Shown: piece by piece, positions 40,201-49,911 of the stretch
Position numbering within the stretch: the first letter of the stretch is position 1
Layout of the letters: each line of letters starts with the position of its first letter
Assembly (NCBI GenBank): GCA_963851265.1
Contig: CAWKNZ010000002.1
Span: 768,001-832,000 of the forward strand
From: an uncultured Gemmatimonadales bacterium
GTDB lineage: Bacteria; Gemmatimonadota; Gemmatimonadetes; Gemmatimonadales; Gemmatimonadaceae
Length of the DNA: 64,000 nt
Direction: 5' to 3'
Program-made: the position numbers and the translations under genes
The notes under the pieces: generated by a model
What the model was told of the DNA's origin: nothing
The model's database searches: none
The model's input: the letters and a program-made list of their open reading frames with translations, nothing else

Positions 40201-40718
40201 ACCAGCCGGCCTTCCTGCCCGACGACTACGTCGCGAGTGGCGAGGCCAAGCTCGACCTCTACCGCCGCCTCGGGGGAGCCGCCGCACCCGAGGAAATCGA
40301 CGCGATCCGCGACGAGATGCGCGACCGCTTCGGCCCACTTCCGCCCGCCGCCGACGCGTACGTCGCGGTCGCGTACTTGCGCGTGATCGGCGGCGCGCTC
40401 GCCATCGAAGGCGTGCTCGTGCGCGGCGCCGAGGCGCGTATTACCTTCCGAGATTCCGCCGTCCCGCGCATGAAATCGCTCGGTGCGGCGTTCCACGGCG
40501 TTCAGTTCCAGACCGAAGTGAAGCGCGCGCAACCCCTCGCCCTCAAGCTGACGCGAGCGGGAAGCGAAGCGATCCTCTCCGGTCTCGTTCGCGCGCTACG
40601 CAGCCAGCTCCCGTCGACGTCCACCGCGACGCCGGCGGCCACCGCTGGTGACCGCACGTCCGGTGCCCGCGCCGCGAGCACTCCTCCCGCTACCGCTTCG
40701 TCTTCCGCTCCCCGATGA
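37290..40718 (+). CDS. mfd: Transcription-repair coupling factor
   Basis: VHLEHGVG, GDVGYGKT, DEEHRFG, TATPIPRT, QLRGRVGR. Confidence 0.97.
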   Translation: MALPTLLEAIERLPAFTRLVQTLPGPRGRVSIGGLHGSSDAVLLAALVRRYPQRLFVLLAPTVPDAERWLADLDAVGGGLKTALYPHRESFGEVEAHTEVAGERVETLERLTRGDVQLLLTTPRAVLERTQLPRALQEARLELRRGDVWRPEDLAAHLARVGFERVPLVDDVGQYSVRGGIFDIYGFGMAEPVRLEFWGDEISELRHFDLFSQRSTRAAEVAVVLPVDGRAHGVGAGERGATDGASGPDAFERVTLAELWTPDAVLFLPDGLDVGLELRRTWDEAQHHLDLARRRGEDVPKRETLYLDPADAARRLAAFGAVAEVAPAGDGVAPADVGFPTRAPERIDRDIRALRRLVRDGLPTIILCDNQGQAERLDELLNEDERQPSPAGLVIGVLGGGFVIPSALRVLTDHEIFRRDRRIRRARKYSAGTALDAASALKPGDFVVHLEHGVGVYRGIETKFVGTGTIEVAVIEYEGGDKLNVPLYRLDQVERYRAAGEGDADAPPPRLHRLGGKRWSQQRDKTRAAIQEMTVELLDLYARRKVAGRPAHAPDGAWQRQLESSFLFEDTPDQRRATVDIKQDMEGPRPMDRLLVGDVGYGKTEIAVRAAFKAVQTGRQVAVLVPTTILADQHYRTFSERFADFPIRVEVLSRFQSAKEHAATLSALAEKKVDVIIGTHRLLSPDVVFRDLGLIVVDEEHRFGVKHKERLKQLRLETDVLTLTATPIPRTLHQSLAGLRDMTLMQTPPRDRSPVLTFVEPSMDDGLIEEGIARELDRGGQVFFVHNRVETIEAVADHIRRVVPRARVAVGHGQMKERELEDVMRRFVAGEIDVLVSTLIVETGLDVPNANTMFVNNAHHFGLAQLYQLRGRVGRSHRRAYCYLMVPDGIDEDAERRLSVLEHHTELGAGYRVALKDMELRGAGNLLGPEQSGFVHAVGFDMYLRMLDETVRRLANGDAPPKPTPSDVSLDQPAFLPDDYVASGEAKLDLYRRLGGAAAPEEIDAIRDEMRDRFGPLPPAADAYVAVAYLRVIGGALAIEGVLVRGAEARITFRDSAVPRMKSLGAAFHGVQFQTEVKRAQPLALKLTRAGSEAILSGLVRALRSQLPSTSTATPAATAGDRTSGARAASTPPATASSSAPR

Positions 40719-42241
40719 CCCGCCTGCGTTCCCTCGCCCTCGCCCTCGTCGCCTCCGCGTCGGCACTCGCCGCGTGCGGCGGCCTCAAGGACGCGATGTC
40801 GGCACACACCGACACCGTCGCCAAGGCCGGCTCGCAGGAGCTCTCGGTCGAACGGCTGGCAACCCTCGTCGGCCGCTCGCAGATCCCGCTCCAGGCGCCG
40901 ATCGTCAAGAACCTGGCCGGCCTCTGGGTCGACTACCAGCTGCTCGGCCAGGCCGCCGCACGCAACGACTCGCTCTCCGATCAGAAGACGATCGACGACG
41001 CGCTCTGGGCGGTCATCGCGCAGGAACGCCTTCGCAAGCTCGGTGAGCGCCTCGTCGCCCGCGGCGGGGCCGACACGAGCAACGGCGCCCAGCGCTACGC
41101 GGCCGGCGACCTGCTCTCGGCCAAGCACATCCTCGTTCCGTTCGGTCCGCGCCCGGGCACGCCGCCGACGCCCGCAGCGCGCGACGCCGCGCGCCGTAAG
41201 GCCGAGGCCCTGCGCGCGCAGGTCACCCCCGCCAACTTCTCCGACCTCGCGCGCCAGAACCCGGGCGATCCGCAGTCGGCCCAGCAGGGCGGCCTCCTCG
41301 GCGTGTTCCCGAAGGGCGCGATGGTCGCGCCGTTCGAGCGCGCCCTCGTCGCCCTCAAGCCCGGCGAGATCGCGCCCGGCATCGTCGAGACGCCCTTCGG
41401 CTACCACATCATCTACCGCCCGACGTACGCCGAGGTGAGCCAGCAGTTCAGTCAGGCGCTCGGCGCGCGCACGCGCCAGGTCGCCGAAAGCACCTACCTC
41501 TCCAGCGTCGACCAGTCCGCCAAGATCGAGGTCAAGGGCGACGCCCCGCTCTGGACCAAGTCCGCCGCGTCGGACGTGTCGTCGCACCTCAAGGATTCGA
41601 AGGTCATCGCCACCTCGAGCGCCGGTGACCTCACGGTCGGGCGCGTCGCCCAGTGGATGTCCGCGCTTCCCACGGGCCCGCAGCTCCGCCAGCAGATCGC
41701 GCAGGCGCCCGACTCGCTCATCAAGCTGTTCGTCCGTCAGGTCGCCCGGCAGGAAGTCCTGCTGAAAAAGGCCGACAGTGCGAAGATCACGCTCGACAGC
41801 AACGAAGTCGTCAACCTGCGCCGCGCCTACATCGGTGCGATTGGCAACATCTGGAACGGGCTCGGCGTGTCGCCGACGCAGCTCGCCGACAGCGCGAAGA
41901 CGGAAGCCGACCGTCAGCGCCTCGCGGCGGCGCGCGTCGACAGCTACCTCGACCGTCTCGTGCAGCAGCGCGCGCAGTTCGTCGAGATCCCGACGCCCAT
42001 CGAAGCCGGCGTCCGCGCGAAGGGCGACTTCTCGATCAACGACGGTGCGATCAACGCCGCCCTCGAGCGTGCCGCGCGCGTCCGGACATCGGCCGACTCC
42101 GCGCGTGCGGCGTCGCAGCCGCCGACCGCCGTTCCGATCCCCGGTCAGACCCCGCCCGCTCGCGGCGCGCCGGCGCAGCCCGGCGCGGGTGCGGCCGGCG
42201 GCGCCGCGGGTGGCGCGCCCGCGGCTCCAGCGCAGCCGTAA
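40715..42241 (+). CDS. Parvulin-type peptidylprolyl isomerase, lipoprotein
   Basis: LAAC lipobox; AKHIL, GGLLG, MVAPFE, ETPFGYHII. Confidence 0.88.
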   Translation: MTRLRSLALALVASASALAACGGLKDAMSAHTDTVAKAGSQELSVERLATLVGRSQIPLQAPIVKNLAGLWVDYQLLGQAAARNDSLSDQKTIDDALWAVIAQERLRKLGERLVARGGADTSNGAQRYAAGDLLSAKHILVPFGPRPGTPPTPAARDAARRKAEALRAQVTPANFSDLARQNPGDPQSAQQGGLLGVFPKGAMVAPFERALVALKPGEIAPGIVETPFGYHIIYRPTYAEVSQQFSQALGARTRQVAESTYLSSVDQSAKIEVKGDAPLWTKSAASDVSSHLKDSKVIATSSAGDLTVGRVAQWMSALPTGPQLRQQIAQAPDSLIKLFVRQVARQEVLLKKADSAKITLDSNEVVNLRRAYIGAIGNIWNGLGVSPTQLADSAKTEADRQRLAAARVDSYLDRLVQQRAQFVEIPTPIEAGVRAKGDFSINDGAINAALERAARVRTSADSARAASQPPTAVPIPGQTPPARGAPAQPGAGAAGGAAGGAPAAPAQP

Positions 42242-42322
42242 GCTCCCCCCTCGACGTCTTCCTTCCCACCCTTCGCGGCGGCGGAGCGCGAACCCGCGCT
42301 CCGCCGCCGTGTAGCATCTGCC

Positions 42323-43720
42323 ATGCGTCGTCCGCTTCGCCTCTGTGCCGCTCTCGCGGCCGCTCTCGTCGCGCCCCTCGGGCGCGGCGTCGCCCAGTCT
42401 GCGCCGGTCGCTCCGACCGCCCACCCGACCGCGACCACCCCCGCCATTCACGCGGCCAATCCCGAGTCGGCGCCGGTCGTCGCGCCCGCCGACGTCGACC
42501 GCGTGGTCGCCGTCGTCGGCAACACGCCGATCCTCTATTCGGAACTGCTCGAAGAGGTCAACATGCGGCGCGCCGGCGGGCTGCAGATCCCGACCGACTC
42601 CGCGGGGCGCGAGAAACTCCTCCGCGACATCGTCAACGACATGGTCGGCGCCGAACTCCTCGTGCAGCGCGCGAAGGTCGAGAAGGTCGAGATCGACGAC
42701 GACCAGCTCAACAAGCAGGTCGACGACCAGATCAAGCAGATCCGCACCGGGTACCCGAGCGAGACCGAGTACCGCACCGCGCTGCGTGCGAACGGCCTCG
42801 GCACCCCGGACGAGTACCGCAAGCGGCTCTACGACACGCTCCGCCGCAACCGGATGCAGCAGGAGCTGCTCCAGAAGCTGCGCCGGGACGACAAGCTGGT
42901 CGGGTCGCCCGTGAGCGATCAGGAGCTCGACGAAGCGTACCAGTCCAACCTGGGGCACCTGCCCAAGCGGGAGGCGATGGTGAGCCTCAAGCAGATCGTC
43001 GTCGCGCCGCGGCCGACCGCCAAGGCGCGCGCCTCCGCGCGCGCGAAGGCCGAGTCGCTCGAGGTCGAGATCGCCAAGGGCGGTGACTTCGCGCAGATCG
43101 CGAAGCGCGAGTCGCAGGATCCGGGATCGGCCGCGCAGGGCGGGGACCTGGGCTGGAATCGCCGCGGCGCGATGCTGAAGGAGTTCGACGAGATGATGTT
43201 CGCCCTCCCCGTCGGACGCGTGAGCCCGATCGTCCAAACGGCGTACGGCTATCACATCATCAAGGTCGACCGCGCGCAGCCGTCCGAGGTGAAGGCGCGG
43301 CACATCCTGATCATCCCCAAGCTCGACACGGCGGACCAGACGCGCGCGCGAGTCGACGCCGATTCCGTGCGCGCGATGCTCGCGCGCGGCGTCGACTTCG
43401 ACTCGCTGGCGGCGCGCTACCACGATCCGCTCGAGAATCTCAACCTGCCGGACTTCAACCGCGCCGAACTGCCGGCCGCCTACGCCGCCGCCATCGGCGA
43501 CAAGGGCGCGGGCGCCCTCGTCGGACCGTTCCCCATCGACGACCCGCGAACCGGCCTCAAGAAGTACGTCGTGTTGCGCGTGGTGAACGCGGTCGCCGCG
43601 GGCGATTATCCGGTCTCGGAGGTCAAGGCGCGACTCCGCGAGACGGTTAGCGACGCCAAGACCTATCGCAAGCTCGTCGACACGTTGCGCAAGCAGACGT
43701 ATGTCTCGGTCCGCATCTGA
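42323..43720 (+). CDS. surA: SurA-like chaperone/PPIase
   Basis: VDRVVAVVG, SQDPGSAAQGGDLG, QTAYGYHII, ARHILI; upstream of pdxA. Confidence 0.82.
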   Translation: MRRPLRLCAALAAALVAPLGRGVAQSAPVAPTAHPTATTPAIHAANPESAPVVAPADVDRVVAVVGNTPILYSELLEEVNMRRAGGLQIPTDSAGREKLLRDIVNDMVGAELLVQRAKVEKVEIDDDQLNKQVDDQIKQIRTGYPSETEYRTALRANGLGTPDEYRKRLYDTLRRNRMQQELLQKLRRDDKLVGSPVSDQELDEAYQSNLGHLPKREAMVSLKQIVVAPRPTAKARASARAKAESLEVEIAKGGDFAQIAKRESQDPGSAAQGGDLGWNRRGAMLKEFDEMMFALPVGRVSPIVQTAYGYHIIKVDRAQPSEVKARHILIIPKLDTADQTRARVDADSVRAMLARGVDFDSLAARYHDPLENLNLPDFNRAELPAAYAAAIGDKGAGALVGPFPIDDPRTGLKKYVVLRVVNAVAAGDYPVSEVKARLRETVSDAKTYRKLVDTLRKQTYVSVRI

Positions 43721-43722
43721 CC

Positions 43723-44640
43723 GTGCTCCCGCGGCTCGCCGTCACCCTCGGTGACCCGCGTGGGATCGGGCCCGAGTTGATCGCGAAGGCGATCGCCGCG
43801 CGTGTCGTTCCGCGCGATCGCCTCGTGCTCGTCGGGCCGCAGGGCGCGGGTCTCGACGTCGACGTCGCGGTCGGCCCGTGGACGGCGGATGCCGGCGCGG
43901 CCGACGCGGGCCGCCTCGCGGGTCGTGCGGTCGATGCCGCCGTTGACCTCGCGCTGGCCGGTGACGTTGCCGGAATCGTGACCGCCCCGCTAGACAAGGC
44001 TGCACTGCACGCCGGCGGGTACGACGTTCCAGGGCATACCGAGCTCCTCGCGCGCCGCACCGGTCGTCACACGGCCATGATGCTCGCCGCGACCGCTCCG
44101 CGTGCCGGCGAGCGCGGCACGCTCCGCGTCGTGCTCGCGACCACCCACGTGCCGCTCCGCGACGTGCCGGCCCTGCTGACGGCCGAGGTCGTCGCGCGGA
44201 CCGCCGCCATCACGCGCGAGGGGCTGGCCGAAGGATTCGGAATCGCCGACGCGCGCATCGCGCTCTGCGCCCTCAACCCGCATGCCGGCGACGGCGGCCG
44301 GTTCGGACGTGAGGACGACGACCTGTTGCGGCCGCTCGCGCGCGATCTGGGCCTCGTTGGGCCACTCCCCGCCGATACCGTGTTCGTCCGCGCCCTCCGC
44401 GGCGAGTTTGACGCCGTGATCGCCCCGTATCACGACGTTGGCATGACCGCGATCAAGGTCGCCGCGTTCGGTCACGCCGTGAACGTCACGCTCGGTCTGC
44501 CATTCCCGCGGACGTCACCCGATCACGGTACCGCGCTCGACATCGCCGGTCGCGGCATCGCCGACCCGTCCAGCTTCTTCGAAGCCCTTCGCCTCTGTGA
44601 CGTGCTCGCTCAGCGCAGCGCGCCGGTGACCGTGTCATGA
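43723..44640 (+). CDS. pdxA: 4-hydroxythreonine-4-phosphate dehydrogenase
   Basis: GDPRGIGPE, TAPLDK, GHTE, NPHAGD, YHD, RTSPDHGTA. Confidence 0.94.
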   Translation: MLPRLAVTLGDPRGIGPELIAKAIAARVVPRDRLVLVGPQGAGLDVDVAVGPWTADAGAADAGRLAGRAVDAAVDLALAGDVAGIVTAPLDKAALHAGGYDVPGHTELLARRTGRHTAMMLAATAPRAGERGTLRVVLATTHVPLRDVPALLTAEVVARTAAITREGLAEGFGIADARIALCALNPHAGDGGRFGREDDDLLRPLARDLGLVGPLPADTVFVRALRGEFDAVIAPYHDVGMTAIKVAAFGHAVNVTLGLPFPRTSPDHGTALDIAGRGIADPSSFFEALRLCDVLAQRSAPVTVS

Positions 44641-45683
44641 CCCGTCTCAAGACCGACCGCACCGACGCGCGCTGCGCGCAGCTGCGCCCCGCGCCGGCCC
44701 GTTCGCACGCCCACACGCACGACCATGCGCACGGCCACGACCACGCGCACGATCACGGGCATGACCACGCGCACGGCGGGCACGGTCACGGCGCCGGTCA
44801 CTCGCACCGCCACGGCGAGGGTGCGTCGACTCGTGCCCTGAAGATCGCGCTCGCGCTCACCGCGACGCTTCTCGTCGCCGAAGCCGTCGGCGGGTGGCTC
44901 GCGAACTCGCTCGCCCTGCTCGCCGACGCGGGGCACATGCTCACCGACGTTGGTGCACTCGGCCTCTCGCTCTTCGTCGCGTGGTTCACCCGCCAGCCGA
45001 GTACGTCGCAGAAGACCTACGGCTACCTGCGCTGGGAGATCCTCGCCGCGCTGATCAACGGCGCGACGCTCCTCGGCATTTCGGGCATCATCCTCTGGGA
45101 AGCGGTCGGGCGTCTGCGCACCCCCGAACCGGTCGCGGGCGGCGCGATGCTCGCCGTCGCCGTGCTCGGTCTCGTCGTCAACGTGATCGCCGCCTGGGTC
45201 CTCCACGGGAGCGCCGGCGAGAGCCTGAATCACCGCGGCGCGTACCTGCACGTGCTCGGCGACCTGCTCGCGAGCGTCGGCACGGTCGTCGCGGCGATCA
45301 TCATCCGGACGACCGGCTGGCTGCCCATCGATCCGATCGCGTCGATCGTGACGACGCTCCTCGTCGTACGGAGCGCCTGGCGGCTCGTCCGCGAATCGGT
45401 CGACGTGCTACTCGAAGCCGCGCCCGCCCATGTCGTGCCAGACGCCGTTCGCGAACGACTCGCGGCCGTTCCGGGCGTCGCGAGCGTGCACGACCTGCAC
45501 GTGTGGAGCGTGAACTCGGGCCTCGTCGCGATGAGCGCGCACGCGGTCGTCCCCGACCTCGCGCTGCACGACTCCGCCCTCCACGCGATCGACGGCGCGA
45601 TGCGCGAGATGGGCATCGGGCACGTCACGATTCAGCTCGAACGCACGGCCATCAAGCCGTGCGCTGAGGCGCTCACCGTGTAG
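44637..45683 (+). CDS. Cation diffusion facilitator (CzcD/ZitB-like) with His-rich N-terminus
   Basis: SLALLADAGHMLTD, AYLHVLGD, HDLHVW; His-repeat N-terminus. Confidence 0.93.
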   Translation: MTRLKTDRTDARCAQLRPAPARSHAHTHDHAHGHDHAHDHGHDHAHGGHGHGAGHSHRHGEGASTRALKIALALTATLLVAEAVGGWLANSLALLADAGHMLTDVGALGLSLFVAWFTRQPSTSQKTYGYLRWEILAALINGATLLGISGIILWEAVGRLRTPEPVAGGAMLAVAVLGLVVNVIAAWVLHGSAGESLNHRGAYLHVLGDLLASVGTVVAAIIIRTTGWLPIDPIASIVTTLLVVRSAWRLVRESVDVLLEAAPAHVVPDAVRERLAAVPGVASVHDLHVWSVNSGLVAMSAHAVVPDLALHDSALHAIDGAMREMGIGHVTIQLERTAIKPCAEALTV

Positions 45684-45867
45684 CCGTTGCCGTTGCGCCT
45701 CCACGGCAGGCGCGACGGAAGCCGTACACGGAGGCGGTACGTCAAACCGGGCGCACGAGTGACGCCGCTGTGACGCCCCAGACGATGATGCGTCGCTTGG
45801 CTGCGTTCCGGCCCGCGCCGTCCGTCCGGACGCCAGCGCCCGCGAGCGCGCCCGTCCCCGCGCCGCC

Positions 45868-47352
45868 GTGCCCCAGATCGATCGCCTGCTCGCCGCCCTC
45901 GTCGCCAGCCGCGCCGACGCCCTCGAACTCGTCGACGGCCAGCCCGCGGCGTTCGTGACCGGCGCCGACCGTCGAGCGGCGACGCGCCAGCCCCTGACCG
46001 CGGCACAGATCCTCGGTATCGTCCGCGAAGTTGCACCGCCTGACGTCGCGGCAGCGCTCGGCGTTCAACAGCCGGGCGAGTTCCGGTACGTCGGCGACGA
46101 GGGCGCCTTCGCCGTGCGCGTCACGCGCTTCGGCGAGCGGTGGGGCGCGACCGTCGCGCCGACGACTGAATCCGCGCCCGCTGAATCCGCGCCCGCACCC
46201 GCCGCGACCGCACGCGTCGTGTCGAGCCCGGGGGCGGCGAGCACTCCTCGGTCGGACGACGCGAGGGCGGCGATCGATCGACTGCTGCGCGCCCTCGTGG
46301 CGGCGAAGGGCTCGGACCTGCACCTCCGCGTCGGCGAGCCGCCGGTCATCCGCACGTCGGGCGAACTCCAGCGCCTCGACGAGGCGCCGATCGGCGCCGA
46401 CGCGCTCGAAGCCATGCTGCTGGCCGTCATGGCAGATCGCGATCGCGTCCAGTACTCCGCGACGGGTGACGCGGATTACGCCTACGAGATCGACGGCGTC
46501 GCCCGGTTCCGCGCGAACGCGTTGCGCGACCGCCACGGGCCTGCGGGTGTCTTTCGCGTCATCCCCGCGACCGTCGTCAGCGTCGAGGAGATGGGCCTCT
46601 CGCCGGAGGTTCAGCAGCTCTGCCAGTTGACGAAAGGTCTCGTCCTCGTCACCGGGCCGACGGGGTCGGGCAAGTCGACCACGCTCTGCGCGATGGTCGA
46701 CCTTGTCAACCGGTCGCGCGCCGATCACATCCTGACCATCGAAGACCCGATCGAGTTCGTGCACCCCAACAAGCGGTGCCTCGTGACGCAGCGGCAGGTC
46801 GGGGTGCACACCCAGTCGTTCAAGAGCGCGCTGCGCGCCGCGTTGCGCGAGGATCCCGACGTCATCCTCGTCGGTGAGCTCCGCGACCTCGAGACGATCT
46901 CGATCGCCATCGAAACGGCTGAAACCGGTCACCTCGTGTTCGGAACCCTGCACACGACGACCGCCGCCGGCACGGTCGACCGGATCATCGACCAGTTTCC
47001 GGCCGACCGTCAGGCGCAAATTCGTGTCATGTTGAGCGAATCGCTCAAGGGCGTCATCTCGCAGACGCTCTGCCGGCGTACCGGCGGCGGACGGGCCGCC
47101 GCGCGCGAGGTTCTGCTCGCCACTCCCGCGATCTCGAACCTGATCCGCGAAGGAAAGACGTTTCAGATCCCGTCCATCATGCAGACGTCGAAGAAGATCG
47201 GCATGGTGACGCTGAACGACGCCCTGCTCGAATTGATCGACGCCCGCAGCGTCGAGCCCAGGGAGGCCTGGACGAAGGCGGTCGACAAGACGGCCTTCGT
47301 CCAAGCGCTCCGAACGCGCGGCCTCGACGTCTCGTTCGCAGAGGCGCGCTGA
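45868..47352 (+). CDS. pilT: Type IV pilus retraction ATPase with an extra N-terminal domain
   Basis: GPTGSGKST, TIEDPIE, LREDPD, TGHLVFGTLH, AISNLIRE. Confidence 0.9.
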   Translation: MPQIDRLLAALVASRADALELVDGQPAAFVTGADRRAATRQPLTAAQILGIVREVAPPDVAAALGVQQPGEFRYVGDEGAFAVRVTRFGERWGATVAPTTESAPAESAPAPAATARVVSSPGAASTPRSDDARAAIDRLLRALVAAKGSDLHLRVGEPPVIRTSGELQRLDEAPIGADALEAMLLAVMADRDRVQYSATGDADYAYEIDGVARFRANALRDRHGPAGVFRVIPATVVSVEEMGLSPEVQQLCQLTKGLVLVTGPTGSGKSTTLCAMVDLVNRSRADHILTIEDPIEFVHPNKRCLVTQRQVGVHTQSFKSALRAALREDPDVILVGELRDLETISIAIETAETGHLVFGTLHTTTAAGTVDRIIDQFPADRQAQIRVMLSESLKGVISQTLCRRTGGGRAAAREVLLATPAISNLIREGKTFQIPSIMQTSKKIGMVTLNDALLELIDARSVEPREAWTKAVDKTAFVQALRTRGLDVSFAEAR

Positions 47353-47380
47353 TTTCGGAGCGGGTCGGGCCCCCGCCCGC

Positions 47381-47590
47381 TCAGCTCAGCCGGTCGCCCG
47401 TGTCGGACGTTCCACTCGCGGCGTCGTACTCACCCCGTCGGCGCTCGTAATCCGCACGCTCACTGTAGCCGTACCCGCCGAATACTTCCCCGCCTCGCAT
47501 GTAGTCGTGACCGTACCCCCGACCGTGCGGGTACGAGGCCGACTGCGCGTTCTGACGTCCGGAATCGTCTGCGGGCTGCTGCTGCTGCAT
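47381..47590 (-). CDS. Small hydrophilic hypothetical protein
   Basis: GAGGA RBS before ATG 47590; MQQQQPADD...GYGHDY. Confidence 0.5.
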   Translation of the reverse strand: MQQQQPADDSGRQNAQSASYPHGRGYGHDYMRGGEVFGGYGYSERADYERRRGEYDAASGTSDTGDRLS

Positions 47591-47822
47591 TGGCAGATCC
47601 TCGGTTGAACGGTGGGCGAGTGGTCGCCGGTCCGGCGACCACGGCGCGGGTGGAATAAGACTGCGCAGCAGTCCGCGTGCCGCAAGAGCCGCCGGCGGGC
47701 GGAGAGGGCATGCGCTCCGCGCGGACGCGGCCGCCGCGCTCTGGCCGACTCGACCTAAGTGACAGTCGCGTCGTGACTTCCGCGTCCGCTGCCCCTTCCA
47801 GGGCCGAGTAGATTTCTCGGCT

Positions 47823-49658
47823 ATGCAGATTCGTAACATCGCCATCATCGCGCACGTCGACCACGGCAAGACGACACTCGTCGACAAGATGCTCCGCCAG
47901 GGCGGCGCGTTCCGTGAGAATCAGGTCGTGCAGGAGCGCGTGATGGACTCGAACCCGCTCGAGCGCGAGCGCGGCATCACGATCCTCGCCAAGAATACGA
48001 GTGTCCACTGGAAGGACACGAAGATCAACATCGTCGACACCCCCGGCCACGCCGACTTCGGCGGCGAGGTCGAGCGCATCCTGCGCATGGTCGACGGCGT
48101 GCTGCTCGTCGTCGACGCGTTCGACGGGCCGATGCCGCAGACCCGCTTCGTGCTCGGCAAGGCGCTCGCGTTAGGCCGCACGCCGATCGTGGTCATCAAC
48201 AAGATCGACCGCCCGGGCGCGGACCCGCTCCGCGTGCACGACGAGGTCCTCTCGCTCTTCATCGAGCTCGAAGCCGACGAGGCCCAGCTCGAAGCGCCGG
48301 TCGTCTACGCGTCGGCCAAGGACGGCGTCGCGACGATGGACCTCGACACGCCGGCCGTCGATCTCGCGCCGCTCTTCGACACGATCGTCGGCACCGTGCC
48401 GCCGGCACCGAGTGATACGGATGCGCCGTTTCAGATGCTCGTGTCGACCATCGACTACTCGCCCTACCTCGGGCGTCTGGCCATCGGACGCATCGAGCGC
48501 GGCACCGCGCGGCTCGGCGACTCGGTCGCGCTCATCCCGCTCGAGCCGACACGCGCGCCCGAGCGCGCGCGCGTGACCAAGCTCTACCGCTTCGAAGGGC
48601 TTGAGCGCGTCGAGGTCGAGACCGCACCCGCGGGCGAGGTCGTCGCGATCGCGGGCATGGAGGGCGTCGAGATCGGCTCCACGCTCACCGACCCCGAGCA
48701 TCAGGAGCGTCTGGCCGGCATCTCGGTCGAAGAGCCGACGATTTCGGTCGACTTCCTCGTGAACAACTCGCCCTTCGCTGGCAAGGAGGGCAAGTACGTC
48801 ACGTCGCGCCAGGTGCGTGACCGCCTCTACAAGGAGCTGGAGCGGAACGTCGCGCTCCGCGTCGAGGACACAGATTCGACCGACGCCTGGCAGGTGGCCG
48901 GCCGCGGCGAGCTGCACCTTTCCATTCTGATGGAGACGATGCGCCGCGAGGGCTACGAGTTCCAGGTCTCGCGGCCGCGCGTCATCACGCGCACCGGCGT
49001 GAACGGCGAACGGCTGGAGCCGTACGAAGAGCTCGCCATCGACGTGCCCGAGGACTACCTCGGCGCGGTGATGGAGAAGCTCGGGCAGCGCCGCGCCGAG
49101 TTGATCGAGATGAAGAACCCCGGTCAGGGGCTCGTGCGCTTGATGTACCGCATCCCCGCGCGCGGTCTGTTCGGCTACCGCTCGGAGTTTCTCACCGACA
49201 CGCGCGGGACGGGAATCATGCACCACAACTTCCTCGAGTACGGGCCGTGGGCCGGCCCGCTCGCCGGGCGGAGCCGCGGCGTGCTCATCTCGATGGAAGC
49301 GGGGAGCATCGTCGGGTTCGCGCTGATGAACCTGCAGGAGCGTTCCACACTCTTTGTGTCGCCCGGCGACGCAGTGTACGAGGGCATGGTCGTCGGCGAG
49401 AACTCGCGTCCGGGCGATATGGACGTCAACCCGACGAAAGAAAAGAAGCTCTCGAACATCCGTACGAAATCGAGCGACGAAAACGTCTCGCTCGAGCCTC
49501 CGCGCGTGTTGACCCTGGAATCGGCACTCGAGTATATCGAGGACGACGAGTTGATCGAGGTCACGCCGCAGAGCATCCGCTTACGGAAGCGCATGCTGGC
49601 GGCGAGCGACCGCAAGCGTGTCACGCGCGACGCCAAACGCGAGCGCGCGGCGGTCTGA
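47823..49658 (+). CDS. typA: Translational GTPase TypA/BipA
   Basis: [40 protein letters not shown]. Confidence 0.97.
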   Translation: MQIRNIAIIAHVDHGKTTLVDKMLRQGGAFRENQVVQERVMDSNPLERERGITILAKNTSVHWKDTKINIVDTPGHADFGGEVERILRMVDGVLLVVDAFDGPMPQTRFVLGKALALGRTPIVVINKIDRPGADPLRVHDEVLSLFIELEADEAQLEAPVVYASAKDGVATMDLDTPAVDLAPLFDTIVGTVPPAPSDTDAPFQMLVSTIDYSPYLGRLAIGRIERGTARLGDSVALIPLEPTRAPERARVTKLYRFEGLERVEVETAPAGEVVAIAGMEGVEIGSTLTDPEHQERLAGISVEEPTISVDFLVNNSPFAGKEGKYVTSRQVRDRLYKELERNVALRVEDTDSTDAWQVAGRGELHLSILMETMRREGYEFQVSRPRVITRTGVNGERLEPYEELAIDVPEDYLGAVMEKLGQRRAELIEMKNPGQGLVRLMYRIPARGLFGYRSEFLTDTRGTGIMHHNFLEYGPWAGPLAGRSRGVLISMEAGSIVGFALMNLQERSTLFVSPGDAVYEGMVVGENSRPGDMDVNPTKEKKLSNIRTKSSDENVSLEPPRVLTLESALEYIEDDELIEVTPQSIRLRKRMLAASDRKRVTRDAKRERAAV

Positions 49659-49911
49659 GCCTCGTCGTGTTCGCGCCCTGGCGCGCGAGCGTGTCTCGAC
49701 TCTCGCACCATTCCCGTATTTCTTGTGCGCGCGGTCTGGATGGCGCGTTGTTGGCATCCGTAGTGCGCGAGTCCCGTTCGTCCGCATCGGACTCGCGCGA
49801 CCGGTTGAGCGTGCCGCAGGGGCACGCCGCCCGGAGCCGCGGCCTCGCCCGACATCCGTCGACGGCGTCGGTTGGCGGCACGACCACGAACTAGCAAGGA
49901 GAACTCTTGAT

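Noticed and set aside
2086..43423. Many long antisense or off-frame ORFs (e.g. 2086-4455, 14343-16079, 36972-38825, 40502-43423)
   Set aside because: They overlap well-supported genes, have no motifs, and are expected from stop-codon scarcity at high GC.
44705..44815. Repetitive cacgac tract
   Set aside because: Encodes the His-rich N-terminus typical of CDF transporters.
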